Shown here piece by piece: positions 16,586 through 25,036 of a DNA stretch of 28,528 bases. The number at the start of each line of letters is the position of its first letter. The first letter of the stretch is position 1. The translations under genes were made by a program, and so were the position numbers. The notes beneath the pieces are model-generated. The model had not been told where the DNA came from and ran no database searches. It was given only the letters and a program-made list of their open reading frames with translations. The DNA lies in contig CAWCLO010000009.1 in the NCBI GenBank assembly GCA_963796455.1, positions 1 to 28,528 of the forward strand, given 5' to 3'. The DNA comes from Candidatus Sulfomarinibacteraceae bacterium (GTDB lineage Bacteria > Acidobacteriota > Thermoanaerobaculia > Thermoanaerobaculales > Sulfomarinibacteraceae).

Positions 16586-19015
16586 TTAATCAAACAGCGG
16601 AAAGATCCGCGGCAAGAATGGATCGTAATTCGGCGCCAACGCAAAATAGAGCGGATCGAAGACCGGGTTGATGAAGCCGTCGAACCAAAGGTTGTTGTTG
16701 GCTCCCACCGGGAACATGCTCTCGATGCGGACCGGACCGTCTTCGCCCATCTCCACGACATGGGCATAGGTCGACCGGTTCGCGTAGGGGATCGAATGGA
16801 TCTGGGCGAAGGCCGGATCAAGAAGGTCTGCGAGCAACGGGAGACCGAACCAGATTACGCCGCGAGGCGCACCGTAGGGTCCGAGTCCCACCGTGTCGAT
16901 CACGTTGTCCAGCGCTCGAATGATGATCGCCTCAGCGCCCACCGGCTTGTCGCCTGTGCCGGCCGCGTCCTGGAACCAGTCGTAAAAGGTCTGCCCGGCC
17001 AGGGCGCGCAGCAGCACGAGGTAGAGGATGTTGTTGGGCTGATCTTCCCAACTCATCCCGGCGAGCCTGAATTCGTCCTCGAAGGTGATCCTGAGGACCT
17101 CGCCGATCCAAGCGTCCTGCAGGACCCAGGCGTCGGCTCGATCGGGTCCAAAGCGCCAGGCTGCCGGACCGCCGGCGACGAAGTGTCCGTCCCAGGCGTC
17201 GAGCATGTCGATCGCCGCATCGCGATCGGGTGAGGAGTTGGCCGCTACGGCTGCCGAGAAGTCGTCGGCGACAAAGGCCCACTGATTGCCGCCCCGGTGA
17301 TTGGGGGTCGCAGCAAATCCATCGGTGGTGGCAATGCTGAGAGCGAGATCACGTACTTCTTCAAAGGTCACCGTGGGGTGTGTTGAGAAGAAATCCTCGA
17401 TCAGGTGGGCACGATGGTATGACCCAAAATGGTAGTTGGTGTTGTTGTGGGCATTGTTGTAATCGATGGACGCCTTGTTGTTCCAGCCGCCGTAGTAGCC
17501 CTGTTCGGTGTTCATGTCGTGCGCGAGTGGGCGGTATTCGCCTGTCCACTCCTGGGTGCCGTCTCCAATCTGCGGGAAACGGGGGTCGACTCCGGCGCGC
17601 GGATCGGGTCGAAGCCTGACATCCAATAGGCGATGTTGCCGTCGCGATCGGCGTAGGTGAGATGCATGACTGACGCCGGCGATCTCGACGGCGGCGTTAA
17701 ACTCCTCGACGCTCTGCGCTCTTGCGCCGCCCAGGAAGGTGTCAATCACATCCGCTTCGTGTCCCCAGTTGGCGTAGGCCCAGGAGACGACAGCCTCCGG
17801 CGGTTCAGCGGGATTGAAGGGTAGGGGATTGATGATCGGTCCGTGCCAGGTGCGGAAGACCGGGATCGTCACCGGATCCGCGTTGTAGACATTGATGGTT
17901 TCGAAGCGATGGAAGACCGCGCTCAGCGGCGAATCCAGGAAGTAATCGGTGGTGTGGGCGTGGCCGACCTGGGCCGACCAGGCGTGGTGCGGTGTGCGCC
18001 CGACGGCAATCCCAGGCATCCCGGGAACGTGCAGACCGGAGACCTCGAGGCCGCCTCCACGGATTGAACCCTCGGAGGCGATGGACGGCATCTCGAAGCC
18101 CATCTGCGGTCCCGAGTAGAGCATCGGGTTGCCGGTGTCGGTACGGTCGCCCGAGATAGCCCATGCATAGCTCCCCATCTTGATCCTGGCACCGATCTCG
18201 TCCATCTGCCGGTGGTAGGTTTCGATTCGATCGCGGATATCTTTTGCCGCGTTTCCGATGTCCGGGAAGGAACCGGCCTTGACATCCGGTAGCCGGGTTT
18301 TGACTCGCGCTTTGGCACCGGCAGGGGCCGGAATCATCGTCTGAGCCGAGGGGTCGTTCAGCCAGCGCAGGTCTGAGAACATGGCGAGATACTCAGCCGG
18401 GTAGACCGCTGCCAAGGTTTGGACAAGCGCGTAGTTGTCGAGCTGCCCGGTATTGAGCGCCTCCGGATCGAAGCCTCTCAAGAACAGCGCCGTATAGGCG
18501 ATGGCGTCGTTGACCGTCCAGGGTGTGGGGAGCCAATTCATGCTCAGTTGGTCGACAACGACGAACTGGAAGCTGGCGATCCAGTATTCATAGGGCATGA
18601 TGTAGAAATTGGCGTACATCTCCCCGACGCGCTGGTTGATGCCGTCCACATATCCCTGAACGGCGGCTTGGCCGTCCTCGGATAGGCCGTTGAATTGCTC
18701 TGTCAGCTCGTCGTCCGAGTAGCCGATGGTGCGAAGAAAGACATCGGTTCCAAGTAGGGATTCGCCGAGAACCTCGGAGAGTTTGCCCCGTGCCTGACGG
18801 CGATAGAGCTCCAGCTGGAACATCCGATCGGACGCAACTGCATAGCCCATCGCCTTGTAGACGTCGTAGACGGTGTCTCCACCCTCGATGAACCAGACGC
18901 CCTGGGCGTCACGGGTGGTTGTTACCGGAGTAGATTCTTGCGCAGTGGCCTGACCTGAGCCCGCGATAGCCAGAGTCAGCATCAGAATGGAAATTTTGAA
19001 AATAGACACTTTCAT
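16586..19015 (-). CDS. Penicillin acylase family protein, paralog 2, secreted; two compensating indels at about 17595-17670
   Basis: Highly similar to paralog 1; RBS AAAGGAGG precedes ATG 19015; conserved LTYADRDGNIAYWMSGFDPIRA is displaced into another frame. Confidence 0.92.
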   Translation of the reverse strand: MKVSIFKISILMLTLAIAGSGQATAQESTPVTTTRDAQGVWFIEGGDTVYDVYKAMGYAVASDRMFQLELYRRQARGKLSEVLGESLLGTDVFLRTIGYSDDELTEQFNGLSEDGQAAVQGYVDGINQRVGEMYANFYIMPYEYWIASFQFVVVDQLSMNWLPTPWTVNDAIAYTALFLRGFDPEALNTGQLDNYALVQTLAAVYPAEYLAMFSDLRWLNDPSAQTMIPAPAGAKARVKTRLPDVKAGSFPDIGNAAKDIRDRIETYHRQMDEIGARIKMGSYAWAISGDRTDTGNPMLYSGPQMGFEMPSIASEGSIRGGGLEVSGLHVPGMPGIAVGRTPHHAWSAQVGHAHTTDYFLDSPLSAVFHRFETINVYNADPVTIPVFRTWHGPIINPLPFNPAEPPEAVVSWAYANWGHEADVIDTFLGGARAQSVEEFNAAVEIAGVSHASHLRRSRRQHRLLDVRLRPDPRAGVDPRFPQIGDGTQEWTGEYRPLAHDMNTEQGYYGGWNNKASIDYNNAHNNTNYHFGSYHRAHLIEDFFSTHPTVTFEEVRDLALSIATTDGFAATPNHRGGNQWAFVADDFSAAVAANSSPDRDAAIDMLDAWDGHFVAGGPAAWRFGPDRADAWVLQDAWIGEVLRITFEDEFRLAGMSWEDQPNNILYLVLLRALAGQTFYDWFQDAAGTGDKPVGAEAIIIRALDNVIDTVGLGPYGAPRGVIWFGLPLLADLLDPAFAQIHSIPYANRSTYAHVVEMGEDGPVRIESMFPVGANNNLWFDGFINPVFDPLYFALAPNYDPFLPRIFPLFD

Positions 19016-19152
19016 ACTCTCCTCCTTTCGGATCAGACACTTCAAACCACAGTTCCCAACCTTGAGGTTCGTGGTCGCAACCTCTCTGTTCTTACGATGC
19101 TGCGCACGACTATAACCGTGCTGATCTTCAGTGGCAACGGGAGGAGAGGTGA

Positions 19153-19187
19153 AGTTTTGAGTTTTGAGTTGTGAGTTTTGAGTTTTT
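19153..19187 (+). repeat. 7-bp tandem array (AGTTTTG x5)
   Basis: AGTTTTG AGTTTTG AGTTGTG AGTTTTG AGTTTTT; reverse complement of the 7275 array unit. Confidence 0.88.
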
Positions 19188-19220
19188 TCTCACTCCGGTG
19201 AGACGAACCCAAAACTGCAT

Positions 19221-19239
19221 GTGAGCCCGCCGGGCTCAC
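19221..19239 (-). other. Hairpin: candidate bacterial SECIS (or terminator)
   Basis: Minus strand GTGAGCCC-GGC-GGGCTCAC, separated by 12 nt from the in-frame TGA at 19252-19254. Confidence 0.5.
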
Positions 19240-19242
19240 GAA

Positions 19243-19458
19243 TCAGTGGGCTCAAGAAAAGCCGCAGGAGTGGGGGGAGGGGGCTGCCGGCGCCGAGGCT
19301 TCCGACGAAGAAGACGAGGATGCAAAGCTCGAGAGCTTTCGTTCGACCTTGTCGCTCTTGCAGTGGGGGCAGCAGACGCCTTCGAGTGTGGCTCCGACGC
19401 GCTGTAGTTTTGAAAAGCCTTCGTTGCAGTCGGCGCACTGGTATTCGTAAATGGGCAT
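19243..19458 (-). CDS. FmdB family zinc-ribbon protein; ends at 19252, or at 19243 if UGA is read as selenocysteine
   Basis: MPIYEYQCADC…CPHCKS.KVERKLS.F; Ser-rich linker; tail SCGFS-TGA-GCC-CAC-TGA. Confidence 0.88.
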
Positions 19459-19502
19459 CGTTCGCTCCGTTGGTTCACCGCGCTGGGTGAGCGCGGCCGC
19501 GA

Positions 19503-19862
19503 TCAGACCTTGCCGGCCTCGATCTCTTCCATCTGGATCCGTCCGTCTTTGATCGCCTGGTGCTCACGATCGACGCGAAGCTCCAATGAATCGCAGACAT
19601 TGCGGCAAATCGTAAAAACGCCTTCGTCGATGATTCGGTAGTAGACATTGAGACCGGAACGGCGACAATCCACCAGCCCTGCACGCTTCAGCACCGAGAG
19701 ATGCTTGGAGACGTTCGCCTGGCTTCCTCCAACGACCTCGAGGATGTCTGAGACGCACCTTTCGCCGTTATGCAGGCAGTGCAGGATTTTCAGCCGGGTC
19801 GGGTCGGCCATCGCTTTGAGAACGTCTGCGATCCTGTTCAGGAGTTCGTCTGAAGCGATCAT
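19503..19862 (-). CDS. ArsR/SmtB family transcriptional regulator
   Basis: LKAMADPTRLKIL..ERCVSDI..SQANVSKHLSVLKRAGLV..RRSG..VYY; AAGGGG RBS. Confidence 0.93.
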   Translation of the reverse strand: MIASDELLNRIADVLKAMADPTRLKILHCLHNGERCVSDILEVVGGSQANVSKHLSVLKRAGLVDCRRSGLNVYYRIIDEGVFTICRNVCDSLELRVDREHQAIKDGRIQMEEIEAGKV

Positions 19863-20016
19863 GGTGCACCCCTTTATAGGCCCATCGGTCATTGGTAATA
19901 TATTCCTGTTTTCAAGCGCAGTCAAACTCATCGCAGAAAAGAACTTGTTATTTTTTTTGCCACCGGGGAGTCAACCGCAAAATGGTAGGCTACCGTTGGC
20001 CCATCGGGAGGTGAAC

Positions 20017-20400
20017 ATGCCGACAATTTTCGAACACATCGTCAACGGTGAAATCCCGTGCCACAAGGTCTGGGAGGACGAGAACCACCTTGCCTTTCTC
20101 GATATCAACCCTCGGGTGGAAGGGCATACCCTGGTCATACCCAAACACCCCTGGTCCGAGGTCTTTGCCATGGAGGGCGACCAGTACATGGCCCTATGGG
20201 CCGCCGCGAGGAAGGTGGCAACGATTCTTAAGGAACGAACCGGGTGCGAACGAGTCGTCGTGGTTGTTCTGGGCTACGAAGTGAATCACGTCCACATTCA
20301 CCTGATGCCAACCAATCAACTCGAAGATTTCCCCTTCCCGCCGGTGGATCAGGAAGCCCTGGCGAAGATCGAGGAGACGGCTCGAATTCTTGGGGCTTGA
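20017..20400 (+). CDS. HIT family protein
   Basis: TIFEHIVNGEIPCHKVWED..AFLDINP..GHTLVIPK, histidine triad HVHIH; GGAGG RBS. Confidence 0.93.
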   Translation: MPTIFEHIVNGEIPCHKVWEDENHLAFLDINPRVEGHTLVIPKHPWSEVFAMEGDQYMALWAAARKVATILKERTGCERVVVVVLGYEVNHVHIHLMPTNQLEDFPFPPVDQEALAKIEETARILGA

Positions 20401-20435
20401 CCTGCAGCGCCTGACGGCGCGAGAATACCCCCTGG

Positions 20436-20521
20436 GCCGGAGTGGCGGAATGGTAGACGCAGAGGACTCAAAATCCTCCGCTCGCAAGGGTGTGGGGGTT
20501 CGAATCCCCCCTCCGGCACCA
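20436..20521 (+). tRNA. tRNA-Leu (anticodon CAA)
   Basis: Acceptor GCCGGAG/CTCCGGC-A-CCA; D arm GGCGGAATGGTAGACGC; anticodon arm GAGGA-CTCAAAA-TCCTC; long variable arm; T loop GGTTCGAATCC. Confidence 0.97.
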
Positions 20522-21108
20522 GGCTTCGTTCTCGGCCTCGACGAGAACGAAGCCTGTCACGGCGTAGCTCCGAGCGAAGCCGGACTCCTATTCCACCTGG
20601 TCCACACCGAGAACTACGCCCTGGCAAGCCAGCCTTCGTTCCTGACCAAAGAGAGAACGAAGCCTGTCACGGCGTAGCTCCGAGCGAAGCCGGACTCCTA
20701 TTCCACCTGGTCCACACCGAGAACTACGCCCTGGCAAGCCAGCCTTCGTTCCTGACCAAAGAGAGAACGAAGCCTGTCACGGCGTAGCTCCGAGCGAAGC
20801 CGGACTCCAATTCCACCTGGTCCACACCGAGAACTACGCCCTGGCAAGCCAGCCTTCGTTCCTGACCAAAGAGAGAACGAAGCCTGTCACGGCGTAGCTC
20901 CGAGCGAAGCCGGACTCCTATTCCACCTGGTCCACACCGAGAACTACGCCCTGGCAAGCCAGCCTTCGTTCCTGACCAAAGAGAGAACGAAGCCTGTCAC
21001 GGCGTAGCTCCGAGCGAAGCCGGACACCTATTCCACCTGGTCCACACCGAGAACTACGCCCTGGCAAGCCAGCCTTCCTACGAAGCTGTGTCTCGAACGA
21101 AGCCGGAC
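20521..21108. repeat. Tandem array of ~5 near-identical 110-bp units with internal inverted repeats (REP/BIME-like)
   Basis: AGCCTGTCAC recurs at 20551, 20661, 20771, 20881 and 20991. A perfect 14-bp stem at 20521-20555 opens the array and a degenerate remnant at 21081-21108 closes it. Confidence 0.95.
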
Positions 21109-21133
21109 CCCCGGGCTGCGTACTTTACGACGG

Positions 21134-21162
21134 TTGACTATTGGCTCGACCGGACATAAATT
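21134..21162 (+). promoter_or_regulatory. Possible sigma70 promoter for the GAF/kinase operon
   Basis: TTGACT-N17-TAAATT in an AT-rich intergenic stretch. Confidence 0.4.
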
Positions 21163-21331
21163 CTTACTCAGAGATCAATACATACATATTAGTCGCCGGC
21201 GAACTCTGAAGCGGCGAAACTGATTTCGGTGGAGTCTCTCCTCCGCCGCGAACTCGACCGGTTTTTTCATCGGTCCGCCTCGACGTGGTCGGTGGCGTTG
21301 CCCGGTGTTCCAATCGCTGCAGGGAGAACGG

Positions 21332-22441
21332 ATGGTCAAATGCCGCCAGTGCCGAAACGTTTTTCGAGTTATCGGAGATGCGCTCAATCTCCGTCTCGAC
21401 ACAGGTGTGTTGCTGGAGATGGCTGCGCGCTCTTTGGCCGACGAATTCAAGCTCAAAGGCTGCCATTTTCGACTGCTGAGCCGCGATCAACGCACCCTCG
21501 ATCACGTGGCGTCACACGGCCTCAGCGAGCGGTTTCTTGCCAAGGGTCCGGTTGACGCCGAAAAGAGTGTCGCAGAGGCTCTCGATGGCCAGGTCGTCGT
21601 GGTTCCCGACTGTTCGTGTGACGATCGCGTTCAGTATCCCGATGCCTTTGTTGCCGAGGGCATCGTGTCGATGCTGACGATCCCGCTCGAGGCCCGCGGA
21701 CAGGTGATCGGTGTCATGCGTCTCTTCACGGACGTCGAACGCGATTTCAAAGAAGAAGAAATCGAGTTTTTCAAGGTCGCCTCGTTGTTCTGCAGCAGCG
21801 CGATCATCGACTCCATGTTTCACCGGATTCTCGGCCACGTGACCGAAACGATTCAGTCGTCGCTCGAGCTCTCGGTAGTGCTCGACAATATCGTTCGGGT
21901 CGTCTGCGAAGACCTGCGCGCCAAAGGATGCGCGATCTCCCTGATCGATAGGGAAAAGTCCGCTCTCGAAACCAGGGCTTCAAATGGACTCGACGAGGGT
22001 TTTGTTGAGCGGCTCTCCGACGTCGTTTCTCAGGACACCCGCGACGAAGTCATCGCAGGCTCGACGGTGGTGATTCTCGACGGCCGTCGCGACCACCGGA
22101 TCCTCCACCCGGAGGTGGTGGCGGACGCGAAGATTTCATCGATATTGTTGGTGCCGCTGATGACCCGCAGCCAGATCATAGGTGTTCTCAGCCTCTTCAC
22201 CCACAAGCCCTACCTGTTCTCCGCAGACGAAAAGCAACTCCTGGTTTCGATCGGCGAGCATTGTGCGTTGGCAATCGACAATGCCCTGATGTTTGATGCC
22301 TTGAAGCAACGATACGAAACCCTCGTTGATGACTTCCAACTCTGGTTCCAGCATTCTGGGGGCATGCCGCAGAGAGGCCCCAGCGGTCGGGTCGGAGCCG
22401 ATCCCGAGCAAGAGGAAGTTGACCTCCCACCCCTCTTGTGA
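21332..22441 (+). CDS. Tandem GAF-domain protein with no recognisable output domain
   Basis: Two GAF repeats (ASHGLS..YPDAFVAEGIVSMLTIPL..GQVIGVMRLF; ASNGL..ISSILLVPL..QIIGVLSLF..FSADEKQLL..CALAIDNA); N-terminal CxxC; GGGAG RBS. Confidence 0.85.
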   Translation: MVKCRQCRNVFRVIGDALNLRLDTGVLLEMAARSLADEFKLKGCHFRLLSRDQRTLDHVASHGLSERFLAKGPVDAEKSVAEALDGQVVVVPDCSCDDRVQYPDAFVAEGIVSMLTIPLEARGQVIGVMRLFTDVERDFKEEEIEFFKVASLFCSSAIIDSMFHRILGHVTETIQSSLELSVVLDNIVRVVCEDLRAKGCAISLIDREKSALETRASNGLDEGFVERLSDVVSQDTRDEVIAGSTVVILDGRRDHRILHPEVVADAKISSILLVPLMTRSQIIGVLSLFTHKPYLFSADEKQLLVSIGEHCALAIDNALMFDALKQRYETLVDDFQLWFQHSGGMPQRGPSGRVGADPEQEEVDLPPLL

Positions 22442-22484
22442 CACCTTCGATATTGCGAGCGGATCATCTCGAGTGGAGGCTCCT

Positions 22485-24098
22485 TTGGATCACGTGGCGC
22501 TGGTTGAAGCTCTCTCCGATCCAACCTTTTATCCGCACCCGGTCGAAGAGGTGCACTATCTCCAGACCCATATCTCGTCGGTTTTTCTGACCGGCGACAC
22601 AGTCTACAAACTCAAGAAGCCGGTTAATTTCGGTTTTCTCGACTTCTCCACCATCGAGCTTCGTAAGCTCTATTGCCGAGCCGAGGTGGAACTCAACAGC
22701 CGTCTCGCTCCCGCGCTCTATCTGCGGGCGGCCCCGATCACCCTTGACGGCGATCACCTGGCTCTGGAGGGAGAAGGTGAAATCGTCGACTGGGTCGTGG
22801 TGATGCGCCAGCTCGATGAAGGCCTGCTCGGCAGTCAGGTGCAGGCCAGGGGCGAGCTCTCCGAGGCCCACATGGACGCCCTCGTGGATGTCCTGGTGCC
22901 CTTCTACCGAGACGCGGCGACAGGTGAGGGGGTCGATCAGTACGGCACCGTCGAGGCCGTCAAGTTCAACACCGACGAGAATTTCAGCCAGACCAAGGCC
23001 TACGCCGGAAAGCTCCTGTCAACCGAACGCTACAAGCACATTCGTCGTTGGACGAACTCTTTCTACGAAGAAAATGGCGAGCTTTTTGCCCGCCGAATCA
23101 ACGAAGGACGGATCCGCGAGTGCCACGGCGATCTCCACCTTCGGAACATCTTTCTCGACGATCCGCCGGTCATCTTCGACTGCATCGAGTTCAACGAACG
23201 GCTTCGCTGCGGCGACATCGCGGTGGATCTGGCCTTCATGGCGATGGACCTCGATTACGTCGGACAACCCGAACTCGGGAGCCGTTTCATCAACCGATAC
23301 GTCGAGGCTTCGGGCGACACCGAACTTCTCGATCTGCTCGATTTCTACAAGTGTTATCGCGCTTATGTACGCGGCAAGATCGCCTGTTTCACCTCCTCCG
23401 ATCCCGGTCTCGACGGCCCCGCAAAACGTGTTCAGCGCAACCTCGCTCGACGCTACTTCGGGCAGGCCTATCGTTATGCGGGTGGCGCCGAACAGCCGTC
23501 TTTAGTGGTCCTCTACGGACTGATGGGATCCGGGAAAACCAACGTCGCCAGGTATTTGCGCGAACAGTACGGTTGGCATCTTCTGTCGACGGATGCGATT
23601 CGCAAACAAATATCCGGGGTTGGGGAGAACACCCGTGTCTACGTGCCCTACAACGAAGGGCTGTACTCGCCGGATATGAACAAGAAGACCTACGCCGAGG
23701 TCTGCCGACGGGCAGAAAACCTGTTGTTGGGTGGCTTCCCGGTTGTCATCGACGGCGCCTTCAAATACCAGGACGAGCGGCTGCCGGTGATCGAGGCGGC
23801 CCGCAGAACCGAGGCTCGACTGGTCTTTCTCGAGACCATCTGTGGTCCGGACGAACAACGCCGGCGTCTCGAGAGACGGCAGGAACACGACACCCGTTCC
23901 GACGGGCGGGTCGAGCTCATGGAACATCAGAGGGCGGATTTCGAAGGGGCGAACCCCGAGCATCAGGAGCTTTTCCACACCGTCTCGACCGAAGGCCCCA
24001 AACCGGAGACCCGCGCCATGGTCGAGGGGCTGCTCCGCACCGAGGGGCTGCTGCCCGATCGCCGGGGCGATGAGGAATCGATCGGATTGACGCCCTGA
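22485..24098 (+). CDS. Bifunctional aminoglycoside-phosphotransferase-like / AAA P-loop kinase (Rv2004c-like)
   Basis: QTHISSVFLTG..YKLKKPVNFGFLDFST, ECHGDLHLRNI, FDCIEFN, then P-loop GLMGSGKT. GGAGG precedes TTG 22485. Confidence 0.92.
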   Translation: MDHVALVEALSDPTFYPHPVEEVHYLQTHISSVFLTGDTVYKLKKPVNFGFLDFSTIELRKLYCRAEVELNSRLAPALYLRAAPITLDGDHLALEGEGEIVDWVVVMRQLDEGLLGSQVQARGELSEAHMDALVDVLVPFYRDAATGEGVDQYGTVEAVKFNTDENFSQTKAYAGKLLSTERYKHIRRWTNSFYEENGELFARRINEGRIRECHGDLHLRNIFLDDPPVIFDCIEFNERLRCGDIAVDLAFMAMDLDYVGQPELGSRFINRYVEASGDTELLDLLDFYKCYRAYVRGKIACFTSSDPGLDGPAKRVQRNLARRYFGQAYRYAGGAEQPSLVVLYGLMGSGKTNVARYLREQYGWHLLSTDAIRKQISGVGENTRVYVPYNEGLYSPDMNKKTYAEVCRRAENLLLGGFPVVIDGAFKYQDERLPVIEAARRTEARLVFLETICGPDEQRRRLERRQEHDTRSDGRVELMEHQRADFEGANPEHQELFHTVSTEGPKPETRAMVEGLLRTEGLLPDRRGDEESIGLTP

Positions 24099-24134
24099 AC
24101 CGGAGAACGCTGCGAGGCCTGGGCGGGGACCTTC

Positions 24135-24773
24135 ATGAGTGACCCCTACCGGAGAATCGCGCGCTTCTACGACCCGATCGTCGAGCCCTTCAACGCAGCC
24201 CTCCGGAGGTATGTCCTCAGAGTGGCAAAACCGGAAGCGGCCATGACAGTACTCGAGGTCGGTTGCGGCACAGGTGCCAACCTCGATCTCTTTGCCAGAG
24301 CGGGGTGTCGCGTGTCTGGGGTGGATCTGTCACCGGCGATGCTCGATGTCGCAAAGGAAAAGCTTGGCGACGATGCGGACCTACGTCTCGGAGACGCCTC
24401 GGCCATGCCCTTCAACGATGGTTCTTTCGATCTCGTCCTGGCATTCCTCACCCTCCACGAAATGCCGACTCAAGTGCGGCAAGGAGTGGTTTCGGAGATG
24501 GCGAGGGTGGTGGACGGCAACGGCCGGTTGCTGCTGGTGGACTTTCACCCGGGCCCCTACCGATTTCCCAAGGGCTGGCTCTATCGAGCCGTGATCGTGC
24601 CCATCGAAATTGCCGCCGGTCGCGAGCACTTCAAGAACCACCGCGACTTCCTCGCCCGGGACGGCCTACCGGCCCTCACCGCCAAATACGGATTGATTCA
24701 GGAGAAAATGAAATACGTGGGCGGCGGCAACATCCTGATCTCCACCGTCCGCAAAGCGACCGACCAGTCTTGA
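24135..24773 (+). CDS. Class I SAM-dependent methyltransferase (UbiE-like)
   Basis: VLEVGCGTG, GVDLSPAML, GDASAMPF.DGSFDLV, LHEM. Confidence 0.92.
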   Translation: MSDPYRRIARFYDPIVEPFNAALRRYVLRVAKPEAAMTVLEVGCGTGANLDLFARAGCRVSGVDLSPAMLDVAKEKLGDDADLRLGDASAMPFNDGSFDLVLAFLTLHEMPTQVRQGVVSEMARVVDGNGRLLLVDFHPGPYRFPKGWLYRAVIVPIEIAAGREHFKNHRDFLARDGLPALTAKYGLIQEKMKYVGGGNILISTVRKATDQS

Positions 24774-25020
24774 AATCGTAGCCGCCGTTGGCGCACACCG
24801 CCGCGTACAATTCAACCGTCTGCCAGGAAGGGCGGGCGGTGCGTCAGTCCTCGCGTCTCCCTTTCAAACACAGTCGTCGACCTTCACGGCGGGCACTGAG
24901 CAAACCGCCGCAGCCGGCCATTTTATCGAGTCGGTGAACATCGGTTGTTGTCCCCTTGGAGGCCCCTTCCTATCTGCGAACGGCCGATTTCACCCGATTT
25001 TTCTCCTGATGCCGAATTGC

Positions 25021-25036
25021 TGTGATTCGGGTCACG
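25021..25036. promoter_or_regulatory. CRP/FNR-family-like binding site upstream of the hydrogenase operon
   Basis: TGTGA-TTCGGG-TCACG, a 9/10 match to TGTGA-N6-TCACA. Confidence 0.45.

Noticed and set aside
20521..21108. CRISPR array
   Set aside because: Units are essentially identical over the full 110 bp, with no unique spacers and no cas genes in the window.
20436..21108. Integrative element or prophage at tRNA-Leu
   Set aside because: No integrase, and no duplicated tRNA 3' end (att site) seen in the window.
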